The notes beneath the pieces are model-generated. The model was not told the DNA's origin. It ran no database searches and saw nothing but the letters and a program-made list of their open reading frames with translations. Shown piece after piece: positions 7,344-16,175 of a stretch of DNA of 57,783 bases. Source of the DNA: Candidatus Brocadiales bacterium (GTDB lineage: Bacteria; Planctomycetota; Brocadiia; Brocadiales; Bathyanammoxibiaceae). Position 1 is the stretch's first letter, and every line of letters starts with the position of its first letter. The stretch lies in the NCBI GenBank assembly GCA_046758865.1, contig JBHIBD010000004.1, positions 1-57,783 on the forward strand, given 5' to 3'. Position numbers and translations under genes: made by a program.

Positions 7344-8489
7344 TTACACCCTCTCGTGGGGATAAAATAGCTTCCTATACTCGTCTTGGGCATAACGGTC
7401 TGTCATACCTGCTATGTAGTCACAAACACCCTGATAAAGACCCGCATCCTCTACCCACCGCTGAAATTCCGGCGGAAGCTGCCTGGGGTTAGTAACATAA
7501 GCCTTGAAAAGCTCCTCTATAAATCGTCTGGCCTTATCTGACATACGCGCCACCCGATAGTGCATATAGACCCGCTCGTCCATGAAGTCCTGCAGTCTCT
7601 TTTTCTGCTCTGAGAGTTCGGGTGAGAATTCTACAAGAACCTCTGGGCACGCACGCACATCCTGCACGCTTTGTCCCCCAAGGCGCTGCAGCTTCCGCTG
7701 TGTATTTTCCAACAGGTCTGTAACCTCGAGGTTTATCAGGAATATGATGGTCTGTGCCCTTTTGTACTCCTTCTCCAGGTTAGCCCATTTTTTGTTTACC
7801 TCTTCTGATGCAAAACGCCACAGCTCGACGTTCTTAAGGTCGTCTTCGGTTATAAGTCCTGCCTTCAGACCATCATCAAGGTCATGATTGTCATATGCTA
7901 TGGAGTCGGCCTTTTCCACCACCTGTGCCTCAAGGAGGGGCTTCTCCTCTGGCCTGAACTCCACAGGCGGATCCATATGGGCATCGTGTTTCACTATAGA
8001 CTCCCGTAACTCCCAGGAGAGATTAAGCCCTGGAAATCTAGGATAGCGCTTTTCTAATATATCAACCACTCGGAGTCCGTGGAGATTGTGTTCAAACCCT
8101 CCGTGACCCCGCATGAGTTCAGACAGCGCTTCCTCTCCTGAGTGGCCGAAAGGGGTGTGCCCTAGGTCATGGGCCAGGGCAATGGCCTCGGTAAGGTCCT
8201 CGTTCAAGTTTAAGGCCCTGGCCATACAACGGGAAATCTGTGCTACCTCCATGGTGTGCGTCAGCCGGGTCCGGTAATAGTCCCCCTCATGGTTCACGAA
8301 GACCTGGGTCTTATATTCAAGCCGCCTGAAGGCCGTGGAGTGTACAATACGGTCCTTATCTCTTTGGTATACGCTTCGGTAGGGATGCTCCTCCTCCGAA
8401 TGCCTTCTGCCAAGAGAGTCTTTACTCTTCATGGCATAGCTGGCCAACTCCCTATCCTCACGTCTCTCTATATCTGCCCTAGAAATCAC
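7344..8489 (-). CDS. dgt: dGTP triphosphohydrolase-like HD-domain protein
   Basis: FRRLEYKTQVF...RLTHTMEVAQI...ALAHDLGHTPFGH HD-domain blocks typical of Dgt-like dNTPases; 381 aa. Confidence 0.85.
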   Translation of the reverse strand: MISRADIERREDRELASYAMKSKDSLGRRHSEEEHPYRSVYQRDKDRIVHSTAFRRLEYKTQVFVNHEGDYYRTRLTHTMEVAQISRCMARALNLNEDLTEAIALAHDLGHTPFGHSGEEALSELMRGHGGFEHNLHGLRVVDILEKRYPRFPGLNLSWELRESIVKHDAHMDPPVEFRPEEKPLLEAQVVEKADSIAYDNHDLDDGLKAGLITEDDLKNVELWRFASEEVNKKWANLEKEYKRAQTIIFLINLEVTDLLENTQRKLQRLGGQSVQDVRACPEVLVEFSPELSEQKKRLQDFMDERVYMHYRVARMSDKARRFIEELFKAYVTNPRQLPPEFQRWVEDAGLYQGVCDYIAGMTDRYAQDEYRKLFYPHERV

Positions 8490-8499
8490 CTGATTGACC

Positions 8500-8967
8500 T
8501 CAGAAGAATCCCCTTAGTTTCGTTAAAAGCTCAGACAGGTGCTGCGAAATGACCTTTGTATCAGAAGCAACGGGCATAAAATTAGTGTCACCTACCCATC
8601 TTGGCACTATATGAAAATGAAGGTGCTGCTCACCGGCCCCCGCAGCCTTCCCTATGTTGACCCCTATATTGAATCCCTCTGGCTTTATGCCTTCTCTTAG
8701 AGCAGCCTTAGCTCGTCCAAGGAGTCTCATAATCTCAAGCATTTCCTGGTCGTTTAGCTCATCGAAGTCACACTTGTGCTCGTTGGGTGCTATCATCAGG
8801 TGACCGTAGTTATAGGGATATTTGTTGAGTATCAGAAAACACTCTTTCCCCCTGCATACGATCAGGTTTTTGTCGTCATCGGTATCCTCAATGGCCCGAC
8901 AGAATATACAACCCTTTTTTTCTGCCAGGATGTACTCTTGACGCCAAGGTGCCCAAAGATTCTTCAT
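8500..8967 (-). CDS. HIT-family nucleotide hydrolase/transferase
   Basis: Histidine triad QHLHFHIVPR, plus NKYPYNYGHLMI block. Confidence 0.85.
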   Translation of the reverse strand: MKNLWAPWRQEYILAEKKGCIFCRAIEDTDDDKNLIVCRGKECFLILNKYPYNYGHLMIAPNEHKCDFDELNDQEMLEIMRLLGRAKAALREGIKPEGFNIGVNIGKAAGAGEQHLHFHIVPRWVGDTNFMPVASDTKVISQHLSELLTKLRGFF

Positions 8968-9016
8968 TGTACTCCAACGGGGTTAGAACAGGATAATGTA
9001 AGGTGAGACAAAACTG

Positions 9017-9241
9017 TTATCCACAAGTATCACAACTTGTGGATGTGCACGAGGCACAAGAAGAGCCTCCGCTGGAGGCATTGTTGCTGCTATTAGCGCC
9101 CATGCCAAAGACAGAAAAGACCTTCTCTACCTCTTTCCCTCCACACTCCGGGCATCCGACTGCCCTCTTTTGCGTGGAGCTAGAGAAATACTCCTCAAAC
9201 CTATGCGTACAACTAGTGCAATTAAACTCATAAATAGGCAT
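9017..9241 (-). CDS. FmdB-family zinc-ribbon protein
   Basis: MPIYEFNCTSCTHRFE...CPECGG, two CxxC pairs at the N-terminus as in the FmdB/CxxC_CxxC_SSSS family, then a Ser/Cys-rich tail. Confidence 0.7.
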   Translation of the reverse strand: MPIYEFNCTSCTHRFEEYFSSSTQKRAVGCPECGGKEVEKVFSVFGMGANSSNNASSGGSSCASCTSTSCDTCG

Positions 9242-9278
9242 AGTCTTTAATCAAAATAATTCTATATAAGATGCAAGT

Positions 9279-9449
9279 CTACAAGGACTTACCTGTTAGC
9301 TCCTGATATACGCCAGACTCGCTATCGGCTTCCGCCTGCAGACCTTCCCTCTCATATGCTGCAACGCCTAAATTGTAATGCACTTCAGGGTCACTCGGGT
9401 CTACTGCCAGGACCTTTTTGTACTCACCTATTAAATCTTTACCTAAAGC
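9279..9449 (-). pseudogene. start-less TPR fragment (gene remnant)
   Basis: 56-codon open frame without ATG: ...EYKKVLAVDPSDPEVHYNLGVAAYEREG..., a clear TPR helix pair. It begins inside the stop region of the upstream gene in another frame. Confidence 0.3.
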
Positions 9450-10486
9450 CTATCGAGTAGTTCTTTTTTCTTTTTCTCATAATCATTTTCTGTAATTAAA
9501 CCTTCGTCCATCAGATTCCTAAGGTCCTTGAGTCGTTGTGGAATAGACTTCTTTGTCTGCGATTCTCTCTTGAGGAGTTCCGCCTTCTTGTATCTATAAT
9601 CTTCAGGTGAAATAAGGTCATTGTCCAGGAGTTCCTTCAGATCCCTAAGCTTCTGGCTCAAGTTTCCTTCCTCGATGGCTGGAGCTTCTTTTGGCGATAC
9701 ATAGCCAGCAGATGGGTCTGGACCACCTGGTGATACCATCCCAATTTGTTCCTCTATCCTCCTAAGCCTTTCTTCCATAATGGGGTTAGTCTTATAGCCA
9801 TAGGCATCAAACTCCACCTCTTCCTCTGCCATTGAAACGAGCGGCTCAACATCGAAGGACTTTTCCTGCAGATTTATGACCAGCCAGTTCCTGTGACCCT
9901 CTTTGTAGCTCTGACCCTCTCCCAGCGCAAGCTCCCAGAAACCGCTGCTCTTAATAGAAGTAGGGTCCTTGGATGAAGATGGGTAACCCTTCCTGCCGCC
10001 AGGGCGGGGTATGTCCTTCACCCTGGATTGTACGCGGCTAAAGGCTATATTCAGGCCCTCATCAGTGATAAACACACTAAAGATGGTTTTTAGATCGTGG
10101 AGTAGGGCCCTCTCGCGTTGGGAGTAGACGTAAAGACATTCGTTCGCAGTCGATTTAGAAAGGGCATCTGCAATAAGCGAGGCCAGTGTTCTTATCTCGG
10201 CTTTACTAAAGACCTTCTTACTTCCCTTTTTAACAAAGACTCCCTTTTCTCTAAAGGATATCGAGGATAATACTTTCTTTAATCTGTCTTCTTGAATGAT
10301 GTATGGATGGTTAAACGGTGGAGACACACCTTTCAACTCTTTTGCATCCCTCAATTCCACATAGGTGTCGCCATCCTTGTATATTGGGTTGGATGCTGCC
10401 TGAACACTACAGGCTGGAAGGATAATATAATAGACGAAGGTGCAAAAGACGGCCCTTGCTGCTACAGCTACAAATCTTTCTTTCAT
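9443..10486 (-). CDS. secreted protein with two C-terminal SHOCT-like motifs
   Basis: N-terminal hydrophobic signal (FCTFVYYIILPACSVQA). C-terminal repeats LKELLDNDLISPEDYRYKKAELL and LRNLMDEGLITENDYEKKKKELL match the SHOCT pattern. The central region is not recognised. Confidence 0.6.
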   Translation of the reverse strand: MKERFVAVAARAVFCTFVYYIILPACSVQAASNPIYKDGDTYVELRDAKELKGVSPPFNHPYIIQEDRLKKVLSSISFREKGVFVKKGSKKVFSKAEIRTLASLIADALSKSTANECLYVYSQRERALLHDLKTIFSVFITDEGLNIAFSRVQSRVKDIPRPGGRKGYPSSSKDPTSIKSSGFWELALGEGQSYKEGHRNWLVINLQEKSFDVEPLVSMAEEEVEFDAYGYKTNPIMEERLRRIEEQIGMVSPGGPDPSAGYVSPKEAPAIEEGNLSQKLRDLKELLDNDLISPEDYRYKKAELLKRESQTKKSIPQRLKDLRNLMDEGLITENDYEKKKKELLDRL

Positions 10487-10740
10487 CCCCTCTTTTTGGA
10501 AATTCTTTTCTTAGGTGCAGCCTTTCTCGCCTTGGCATATAGGGATTCCATATATACCTTTGTCTTTTTTAGACCATACCTCTTGGCCTTAAAACGCACT
10601 GCCTCCAGGCTTCTGCCAAGTTTTTTTGCCAACTTACTGGTATCAGTACTTGGGTACTCTTTTTTGAGTGTGGAGAGCTCTGACTTACTCCACTTTTCAA
10701 GGCCCTTACGCCGGGAAACCCTTCTTCTTGCCTTCACCAT
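10483..10740 (-). CDS. small basic protein (possible Myb/SANT-like helix-turn-helix)
   Basis: 85 aa, Lys/Arg-rich, WSKSELSTLKKEY...LAKKLGRSLEAVRFKAKRYGL. Its stop overlaps the next gene's start (4-nt overlap 10483-10486). Confidence 0.5.
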   Translation of the reverse strand: MVKARRRVSRRKGLEKWSKSELSTLKKEYPSTDTSKLAKKLGRSLEAVRFKAKRYGLKKTKVYMESLYAKARKAAPKKRISKKRG

Positions 10741-10878
10741 AGTATTTACCTGAATCTCTGAAATGCTTCTCGATATTTGTAATTATCTCAACACTTAGCA
10801 TACACCTCTGATATTGTCAAGGAAAAACTAATTAATGACCTAAGGGCTAGCGGGCATTATATTTGGGCGTTTTTCTCC

Positions 10879-10907
10879 TTGAAAGACCGCACCTCAGTAT
10901 GTAGAAT
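10879..10907 (+). promoter_or_regulatory. candidate sigma70 promoter (TTGAAA-17-TAGAAT)
   Basis: ttgaaa 10879-10884, tagaat 10902-10907, followed by SD aaggagg and GTG 10925. Confidence 0.45.
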
Positions 10908-10924
10908 CTCCTCAAGGAGGAAAA

Positions 10925-11554
10925 GTGTTCTTGAAGGCAACCTTTATCACTCTTCTCAGAGTATTATTGGTCTTTATAATTATAGCCCTTTTTCAGCGGG
11001 GGGTCACTTTTAACGCAATTGCCACGTTCCTTATTGGCTGCATCATAGCAATGGATGCCCTTGATGGATATATTGCCCGCAGGTACGGTGAGACATCTAA
11101 ACAGGGTGCCGTTTTTGACATCTTGGGTGATAGAATAGTAGAGAATGTACTGTGGATATATTTTGCCTGCATCGGAGAGTATTCATTTTGGATACCCTTG
11201 ATAGTAATTACAAGGGATGTAATAGTTGATAATATAAGGAGTCTTGCCTTTGCCGAGGGCAAAACTGCCTTTGGGGAGACAACCATGCAAAGGGAGGCGT
11301 GGGCAAAGTTTCTTGTCAGTTCAAACTGGAGCAGGGGTCTGTACGCTGCCGCCAAGGGCGTTTGCTTTACCTATATTGGCCTAATGATCACTCTTGAAAG
11401 CGCCAACATCTCGGAGGCCTGGCTCAGTTACTTGATATCCATAAAATTCATGCTTATCTATACCACTGTCGCCTTCTGCTTAGTCAGGGGACTGCCTGTT
11501 GTCTGGGAAGGCCGAGAATACCTTTTCGGAAGCGGCCTAAAAGGGACCTCTTAG
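10925..11554 (+). CDS. CDP-alcohol phosphatidyltransferase
   Basis: DALDGYIARRYGETSKQGAVFDILGDRIVE fits D-x2-D-G-x2-A-R-x8-G-x3-D-x3-D; multi-pass membrane protein. Confidence 0.85.
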   Translation: MFLKATFITLLRVLLVFIIIALFQRGVTFNAIATFLIGCIIAMDALDGYIARRYGETSKQGAVFDILGDRIVENVLWIYFACIGEYSFWIPLIVITRDVIVDNIRSLAFAEGKTAFGETTMQREAWAKFLVSSNWSRGLYAAAKGVCFTYIGLMITLESANISEAWLSYLISIKFMLIYTTVAFCLVRGLPVVWEGREYLFGSGLKGTS

Positions 11555-11559
11555 GCTAC

Positions 11560-12207
11560 ATGATAAAGGCAGCCATCTTCGACGTAGACCATACTATCCT
11601 AAAGAGACGGTCCTCCGAACGCATCTTCGTTAAATACCTCCGGGAGCGGGACATTATTACTACCAGGGACATCATCCGCTTTATGTACACCTTTCTGACA
11701 AAATTAATCAGCTTAAACGGCATCTACTTCAAGAAAAACAAGTTCTATCTAAAGGGGAAAGACATAAAGGTATTGGAGGCTGAGGCAACAAGGTGTTTTC
11801 AGAACAGGATAATGCCCCACATATCTGCGAAGGCCCTTAAAGAGATGCAAAAGAAGAAAGAATCTGGTTACACCATCGTTCTATTATCGGGCACACTTGA
11901 CGTGCTGCTAAAGCAATTCAAGGAATATTGTAAGGCAGATGTAGTTATAGGGTCAAATCTTAAAAACGTTAACGGACTGCTTACAGGCGAGCTTCAGGGC
12001 ATCCACCCCTACGGCCACGGCAAGGCTATACTGCTAGAGGACCTGGCTCTGAAGATGGAGATAGACCTGAAAAATTCCTATGCCTATGCTGACCACTTTT
12101 CCGATATCGAATTTCTCCGCATGGTGGGTAATCCCGTTGCAGTGAATGCACACCCGGGGCTGAGGCTCTATGCAAAAATAAGTGGCTGGTCTATTGTAGA
12201 CTTCTAA
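11560..12207 (+). CDS. HAD-superfamily (subfamily IB-like) phosphatase
   Basis: Motif I AIFDVDHT, LSGT (motif II), C-terminal YADHFSD acidic motif. Confidence 0.8.
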   Translation: MIKAAIFDVDHTILKRRSSERIFVKYLRERDIITTRDIIRFMYTFLTKLISLNGIYFKKNKFYLKGKDIKVLEAEATRCFQNRIMPHISAKALKEMQKKKESGYTIVLLSGTLDVLLKQFKEYCKADVVIGSNLKNVNGLLTGELQGIHPYGHGKAILLEDLALKMEIDLKNSYAYADHFSDIEFLRMVGNPVAVNAHPGLRLYAKISGWSIVDF

Positions 12208-12220
12208 AGGCTTGCGGTCT

Positions 12221-12844
12221 TTAAAAATCTTCCAGGATAAATCCACCTTTGGGTTCTTCTTTCTTCTTAGGTGGTATTAGTGCAGGCTTCCTTTTCTTTG
12301 GTGGCGCCGGAGCGGCCTCTATTTTAGTGCTGCTGGTGGGTTTTTGTTCCATCTTTGGCTTAGCCGGAGGTTTCTCTATCTTGATTATACTCTTTCTTGG
12401 TATTTCCTGTATTCGTGCCTCTTCCTCTACCTGTTGTCTCAGCCTCTCCTCCAGATGTTTACGCCTCCTCTCCGCAATTTGTGCCTGTTGCTTCTTTGCC
12501 TGCTCATCTACCCTCCGCTCGAGCGCCTCTATGTATTTACGCATCTTAGCCATGGAACTTTTCAGCGATTCCTGGTGGGAAATCACCTCCAGTTGCATTT
12601 TCTCTGCACTCGCCTGCTTTTCCTCCAAAAGTGTCAACCTTTGACTGGTGGATGTATCTCTAGCAAGTTCTTCCACCTTTCCCATAATCTCCTCGTTGGA
12701 CTCTTCAATGGTCCCAATCCTTTCAATCACTACCGCCATCTGCTGTTCCATGGCATCTAATCTTGCCTGCGTATCACCACCGCCACTGAACGTACCACAA
12801 CCTGAAAAAAGTACTGCCAGGACAGCGTATAAAGGCGTTCTCAT
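12221..12844 (-). CDS. coiled-coil lipoprotein with Lys/Pro-rich tail
   Basis: Lipobox LFSGC. Long heptad-like E/K/Q-rich region. C-terminal PAKPKMEQKP...PPKKRKPALIPPKKKEEPK. Confidence 0.6.
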   Translation of the reverse strand: MRTPLYAVLAVLFSGCGTFSGGGDTQARLDAMEQQMAVVIERIGTIEESNEEIMGKVEELARDTSTSQRLTLLEEKQASAEKMQLEVISHQESLKSSMAKMRKYIEALERRVDEQAKKQQAQIAERRRKHLEERLRQQVEEEARIQEIPRKSIIKIEKPPAKPKMEQKPTSSTKIEAAPAPPKKRKPALIPPKKKEEPKGGFILEDF

Positions 12845-12850
12845 CGATCT

Positions 12851-15193
12851 CTACTCCTTTAGTGTTATATTATTATATATGGCAAATTCTCTTTTCGCCT
12901 CCCTGCCGTAACCTTGTTTGTGATAGCATATGCCCAGATTCCTATGGGCCTCGGCCAAGTTGGAGTCTATCTCTAACGCCTTCTTGTGGTAAGAAATAGC
13001 TCTTTCCAGCAGGCCCTGTTTATCGTAAACTAAGCCCAGCCCTGTGTGGGCCATGGCTAACTTGGGATTTAAGTCAATGGCATTCTCATACTCTGTAATG
13101 GCGCTCTCCAACACACCTTTTTCCACCATGATATCCGCTATATTATAATGCATCAAGGCCTTGCTTTCCTTCTGACGATACATACTGGCTGCGTTTTCGT
13201 AGACAAGGATTGCCTCGTCATACCTTGCCGCACGCAAATAGTGCATTCCAAGCCTTTCATATCTCTTCGCCAGTACAGGTTTAAGCCTCACAGACTTCTC
13301 CCAATACCTAAAGGCCTCCTCAAACGAACCCTTACCATAGTAATCAAGGCCCTGGGCATCGTAATCTCCAATTGCAGAAAGCCTCAACTCCACTGACTTG
13401 AGTAACTCGCTTATAGCCTGTTCCGTCGCGGACTTCTTAGAATAAATAGATGCAAGGTGGTCGTGTATTTCAGCTTTTTGCAGATACTTGTCTTCATCGA
13501 AAAGCCTCAGTGCTTGTTCGTAAGAGCCTATGGCCTCTTCCCATCTCCCTCTATCCTCGGCAATCATGGCCTTACCTTTAAGCGCACCAGCCAGATTAGG
13601 GTTCATATCCAGTGCCCTATCGAACTCGAGGCTGGCCGCATCTGTCATGCCTTTCCTGTAGTATGCCTTACCGAGGTTCACATGTAACCTGGGTAAGGCT
13701 GGGTTTATCTCAATAGCAGCCAGGTACTCCGCGACTGCCTCGTCCAGCCTATTCTGGCCCACGTATACCACACCACGGTTGTTGTGGGCCCTTACCGATT
13801 GAGGTGAGAACTCTAGCACCTCCTTATACTTTGCCATTGCCTCCTCTAGCATATTTCTTCTTAGATATATGTTCCCTAGGAGGATTTTGACCTTTTCGTT
13901 CCCAGGGTAAAGTAACTCGGCCCTTCTGCCCTCCTTGGTGGCCTCTTCCAGGTCCTTTTTTTTAATAAAGACCTTAACCAGCTCAAGCCGTGCCTCCAAG
14001 AGAGTAGGATTAACCTCAAGCGCCTTTTTCAGTTCTAATTGGGCCTCTTCCAGGTCTCCCTTCTTTAGGTATGCGCGCCCTATTCTGAAGTGAACCATCT
14101 GGATATCCCTGCCAAGAGTATCGCCTTGAAAGAGTTCGTTGAAAGAGGAGTATGCCTCCTCTACTGCACCTTCTTTAATTTGGGCTCCCGGCATACCGGC
14201 CATGCTGAGGTAATGTACTATCAGATTTCTCCAGTGCTTCAAGGCCTTGTCCTTCTCTCCCGTTAAGGAATAGCTCTCCGCCAAGTCTCTCTCCTTTGAG
14301 ACTATTCCCTCTAACGTCTCTACTGATGGGGTCTTATGAAAAGCTACTGTCTCTGGCCTAGTCGCACGTGCTATGTGTGGATCTATTTCCAACACCTTTT
14401 TGAATCTGAACACCGCCTCTCCATACTCACCCGTCTTGTAATAGGCTAAGGCCATTTGACTGTTAGCCATGGCTATGTTCGCCGGAGGTGCATCAGGCCC
14501 GTACAGGCTTATACTCTTTTTATATTCGGAGACGGCCTCTTCCAACATGCCCTTGTCGTAGTAGACATCTGCTAAATACTGATGCACCTCGGGCATGTGC
14601 GGGTTTAGTTCTCTGGCCTTACTCAATTCCTTGAGGGCCTCATCCAACATACCTTCTTCCCTATAAGCACGACCTAAGTTGACATAAGCAACATCAAGGT
14701 TCGGGTTCAGTTCTATTGCATCTTTATATTTTGAGATGGCTTGCTCGCGCCAACCCATGGTCCAGTAGGCATTACCAAGGTTATTATGTGCATCTGCATA
14801 GTCTTCATTGGCCTCTACAGCTTCCTTGAATTGTAAAAGGGCCTTGTCAAGGTTTTTGCTATCCATATAAACATTACCCAGGGCACTTCGGGCCTCGGCA
14901 TAGCCTGGATTGATCTGCAAGGCCTTTTCAAACTCCATAGTTGCCTTATCTAGGTCTCCACTCTCATAATAGGCCATTCCCAGGTTGAAGTGCATCTTTG
15001 CAGAATTAGGCCCCACTTCCACAGCCTTTTTAAACTCTTGGATAGAATCGTTTAACCTGCCCTTTTCATAGTGGTCGATTCCACGATAGTTATGATAACT
15101 GGACACACTATAGACATTGGTCTCAGTAGCACAGGAGGTAAGAAATAAAGCGGTTAGAATAGGTACAAAGGTAAACAACCCAAGAGACTTCAT
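12851..15193 (-). CDS. large TPR-repeat lipoprotein
   Basis: More than 15 tandem TPR units (A..F..AL..NP....A...LG..Y). ATG 15193 (MKSLGLFTFVPILTALFLTSC, lipobox) is preferred over the longer ORF start 15244. Confidence 0.85.
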   Translation of the reverse strand: MKSLGLFTFVPILTALFLTSCATETNVYSVSSYHNYRGIDHYEKGRLNDSIQEFKKAVEVGPNSAKMHFNLGMAYYESGDLDKATMEFEKALQINPGYAEARSALGNVYMDSKNLDKALLQFKEAVEANEDYADAHNNLGNAYWTMGWREQAISKYKDAIELNPNLDVAYVNLGRAYREEGMLDEALKELSKARELNPHMPEVHQYLADVYYDKGMLEEAVSEYKKSISLYGPDAPPANIAMANSQMALAYYKTGEYGEAVFRFKKVLEIDPHIARATRPETVAFHKTPSVETLEGIVSKERDLAESYSLTGEKDKALKHWRNLIVHYLSMAGMPGAQIKEGAVEEAYSSFNELFQGDTLGRDIQMVHFRIGRAYLKKGDLEEAQLELKKALEVNPTLLEARLELVKVFIKKKDLEEATKEGRRAELLYPGNEKVKILLGNIYLRRNMLEEAMAKYKEVLEFSPQSVRAHNNRGVVYVGQNRLDEAVAEYLAAIEINPALPRLHVNLGKAYYRKGMTDAASLEFDRALDMNPNLAGALKGKAMIAEDRGRWEEAIGSYEQALRLFDEDKYLQKAEIHDHLASIYSKKSATEQAISELLKSVELRLSAIGDYDAQGLDYYGKGSFEEAFRYWEKSVRLKPVLAKRYERLGMHYLRAARYDEAILVYENAASMYRQKESKALMHYNIADIMVEKGVLESAITEYENAIDLNPKLAMAHTGLGLVYDKQGLLERAISYHKKALEIDSNLAEAHRNLGICYHKQGYGREAKREFAIYNNITLKE

Positions 15194-15277
15194 AACTCTC
15201 TCACTGGGAAATAGTGGGACAGGAAACTCAGCGAGCCGAAGCAAGGAACAGGAACCTTGCTAAATTATGCAAAAGTC

Positions 15278-15436
15278 TTAACGCGTTTTTTCTGATTGTG
15301 GCAGCAGTTTTTCTACGGTAGTTGCCTTTCCCCCAGTTGATTTTTTAATAAGGCGGTAATAAACATTAACGGCAATTGCTGCAATGCTCAGGACTATAAG
15401 TGCAGGAAGTAGGTACTGTTTCATTAATTTCGTCAT
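15278..15436 (-). CDS. 52-aa single-pass membrane micro-protein (below the ORF-track cutoff)
   Basis: MTKLMKQYLLPALIVLSIAAIAVNVYYRLIKKSTGGKATTVEKLLPQSEKTR, with AAGGGG 6 nt upstream of ATG 15436. Co-directional with its neighbours. Confidence 0.3.
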   Translation of the reverse strand: MTKLMKQYLLPALIVLSIAAIAVNVYYRLIKKSTGGKATTVEKLLPQSEKTR

Positions 15437-15518
15437 TATCAGCCCCTTATCCGTAAGGTATGCCCAATCTCCCCAATATCATTTATTGCATACTCATAGG
15501 AAATCTTTAGTTTCCGGT

Positions 15519-15815
15519 TTACTCTTCAGCAGCTTCTTCTAATTCTATCTCTTCTTCGGCTTCCTCCCCCACGGCCTCTTCTTCCTCCTCTGCCGTCTCC
15601 TCGGAGACCGCCTCTACCGGTCTTTCCACAAGTACTTGGCTAAGCCTTTCGTCAAAACCTTTAGGGTCTACCAGATACATACCTGTAATCAAAAGGGCAA
15701 TACCAGAGACCAAACACATCACTACAAAAAAGGCCCCTCCCAACCTACCCACAAGGCGGGAGGTCATTATCTTTCCAGATGCCTCCTGAAGCGCCTCTAG
15801 CAAGGCATTAAGCAT
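15519..15815 (-). CDS. single-TM protein with poly-glutamate C-terminal tail
   Basis: ATG 15815 preceded by GGGAGG. TM segment LGGAFFVVMCLVSGIALLITGMYLV. Tail EETAEEEEEAVGEEAEEEIELEEAAEE. Confidence 0.5.
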   Translation of the reverse strand: MLNALLEALQEASGKIMTSRLVGRLGGAFFVVMCLVSGIALLITGMYLVDPKGFDERLSQVLVERPVEAVSEETAEEEEEAVGEEAEEEIELEEAAEE

Positions 15816-16175
15816 GTTATCCTCCCACCAAAGCTTTATTGGTAAGATCTGCACCACCATTACTTCTTTAGGTGGTGGTTTTCCCTTTTTTTCACCCTTT
15901 TTGCGGCCTGAAAAGATTCCCAAGACCACTCCCACGAAGTAACCCTAAGGCGCCTGTACATCTACCTCTCAACATGTAAGGTTTTACTGCAAAGGGCTCA
16001 CAAAATTGACCTTAAAATAACACCCTCTATGGCCATTGTCAAGGAGTTAAATACATACCCCGAGACCACTCGAATAAGGTCAGATATCAACAGAATACCT
16101 CAAGCTCCCCACTATTTCTGGAGTAGTCCGAGCCTGAGACCCGCATAGAGGATTTAAGCCAGGAGGGTTAGATAA

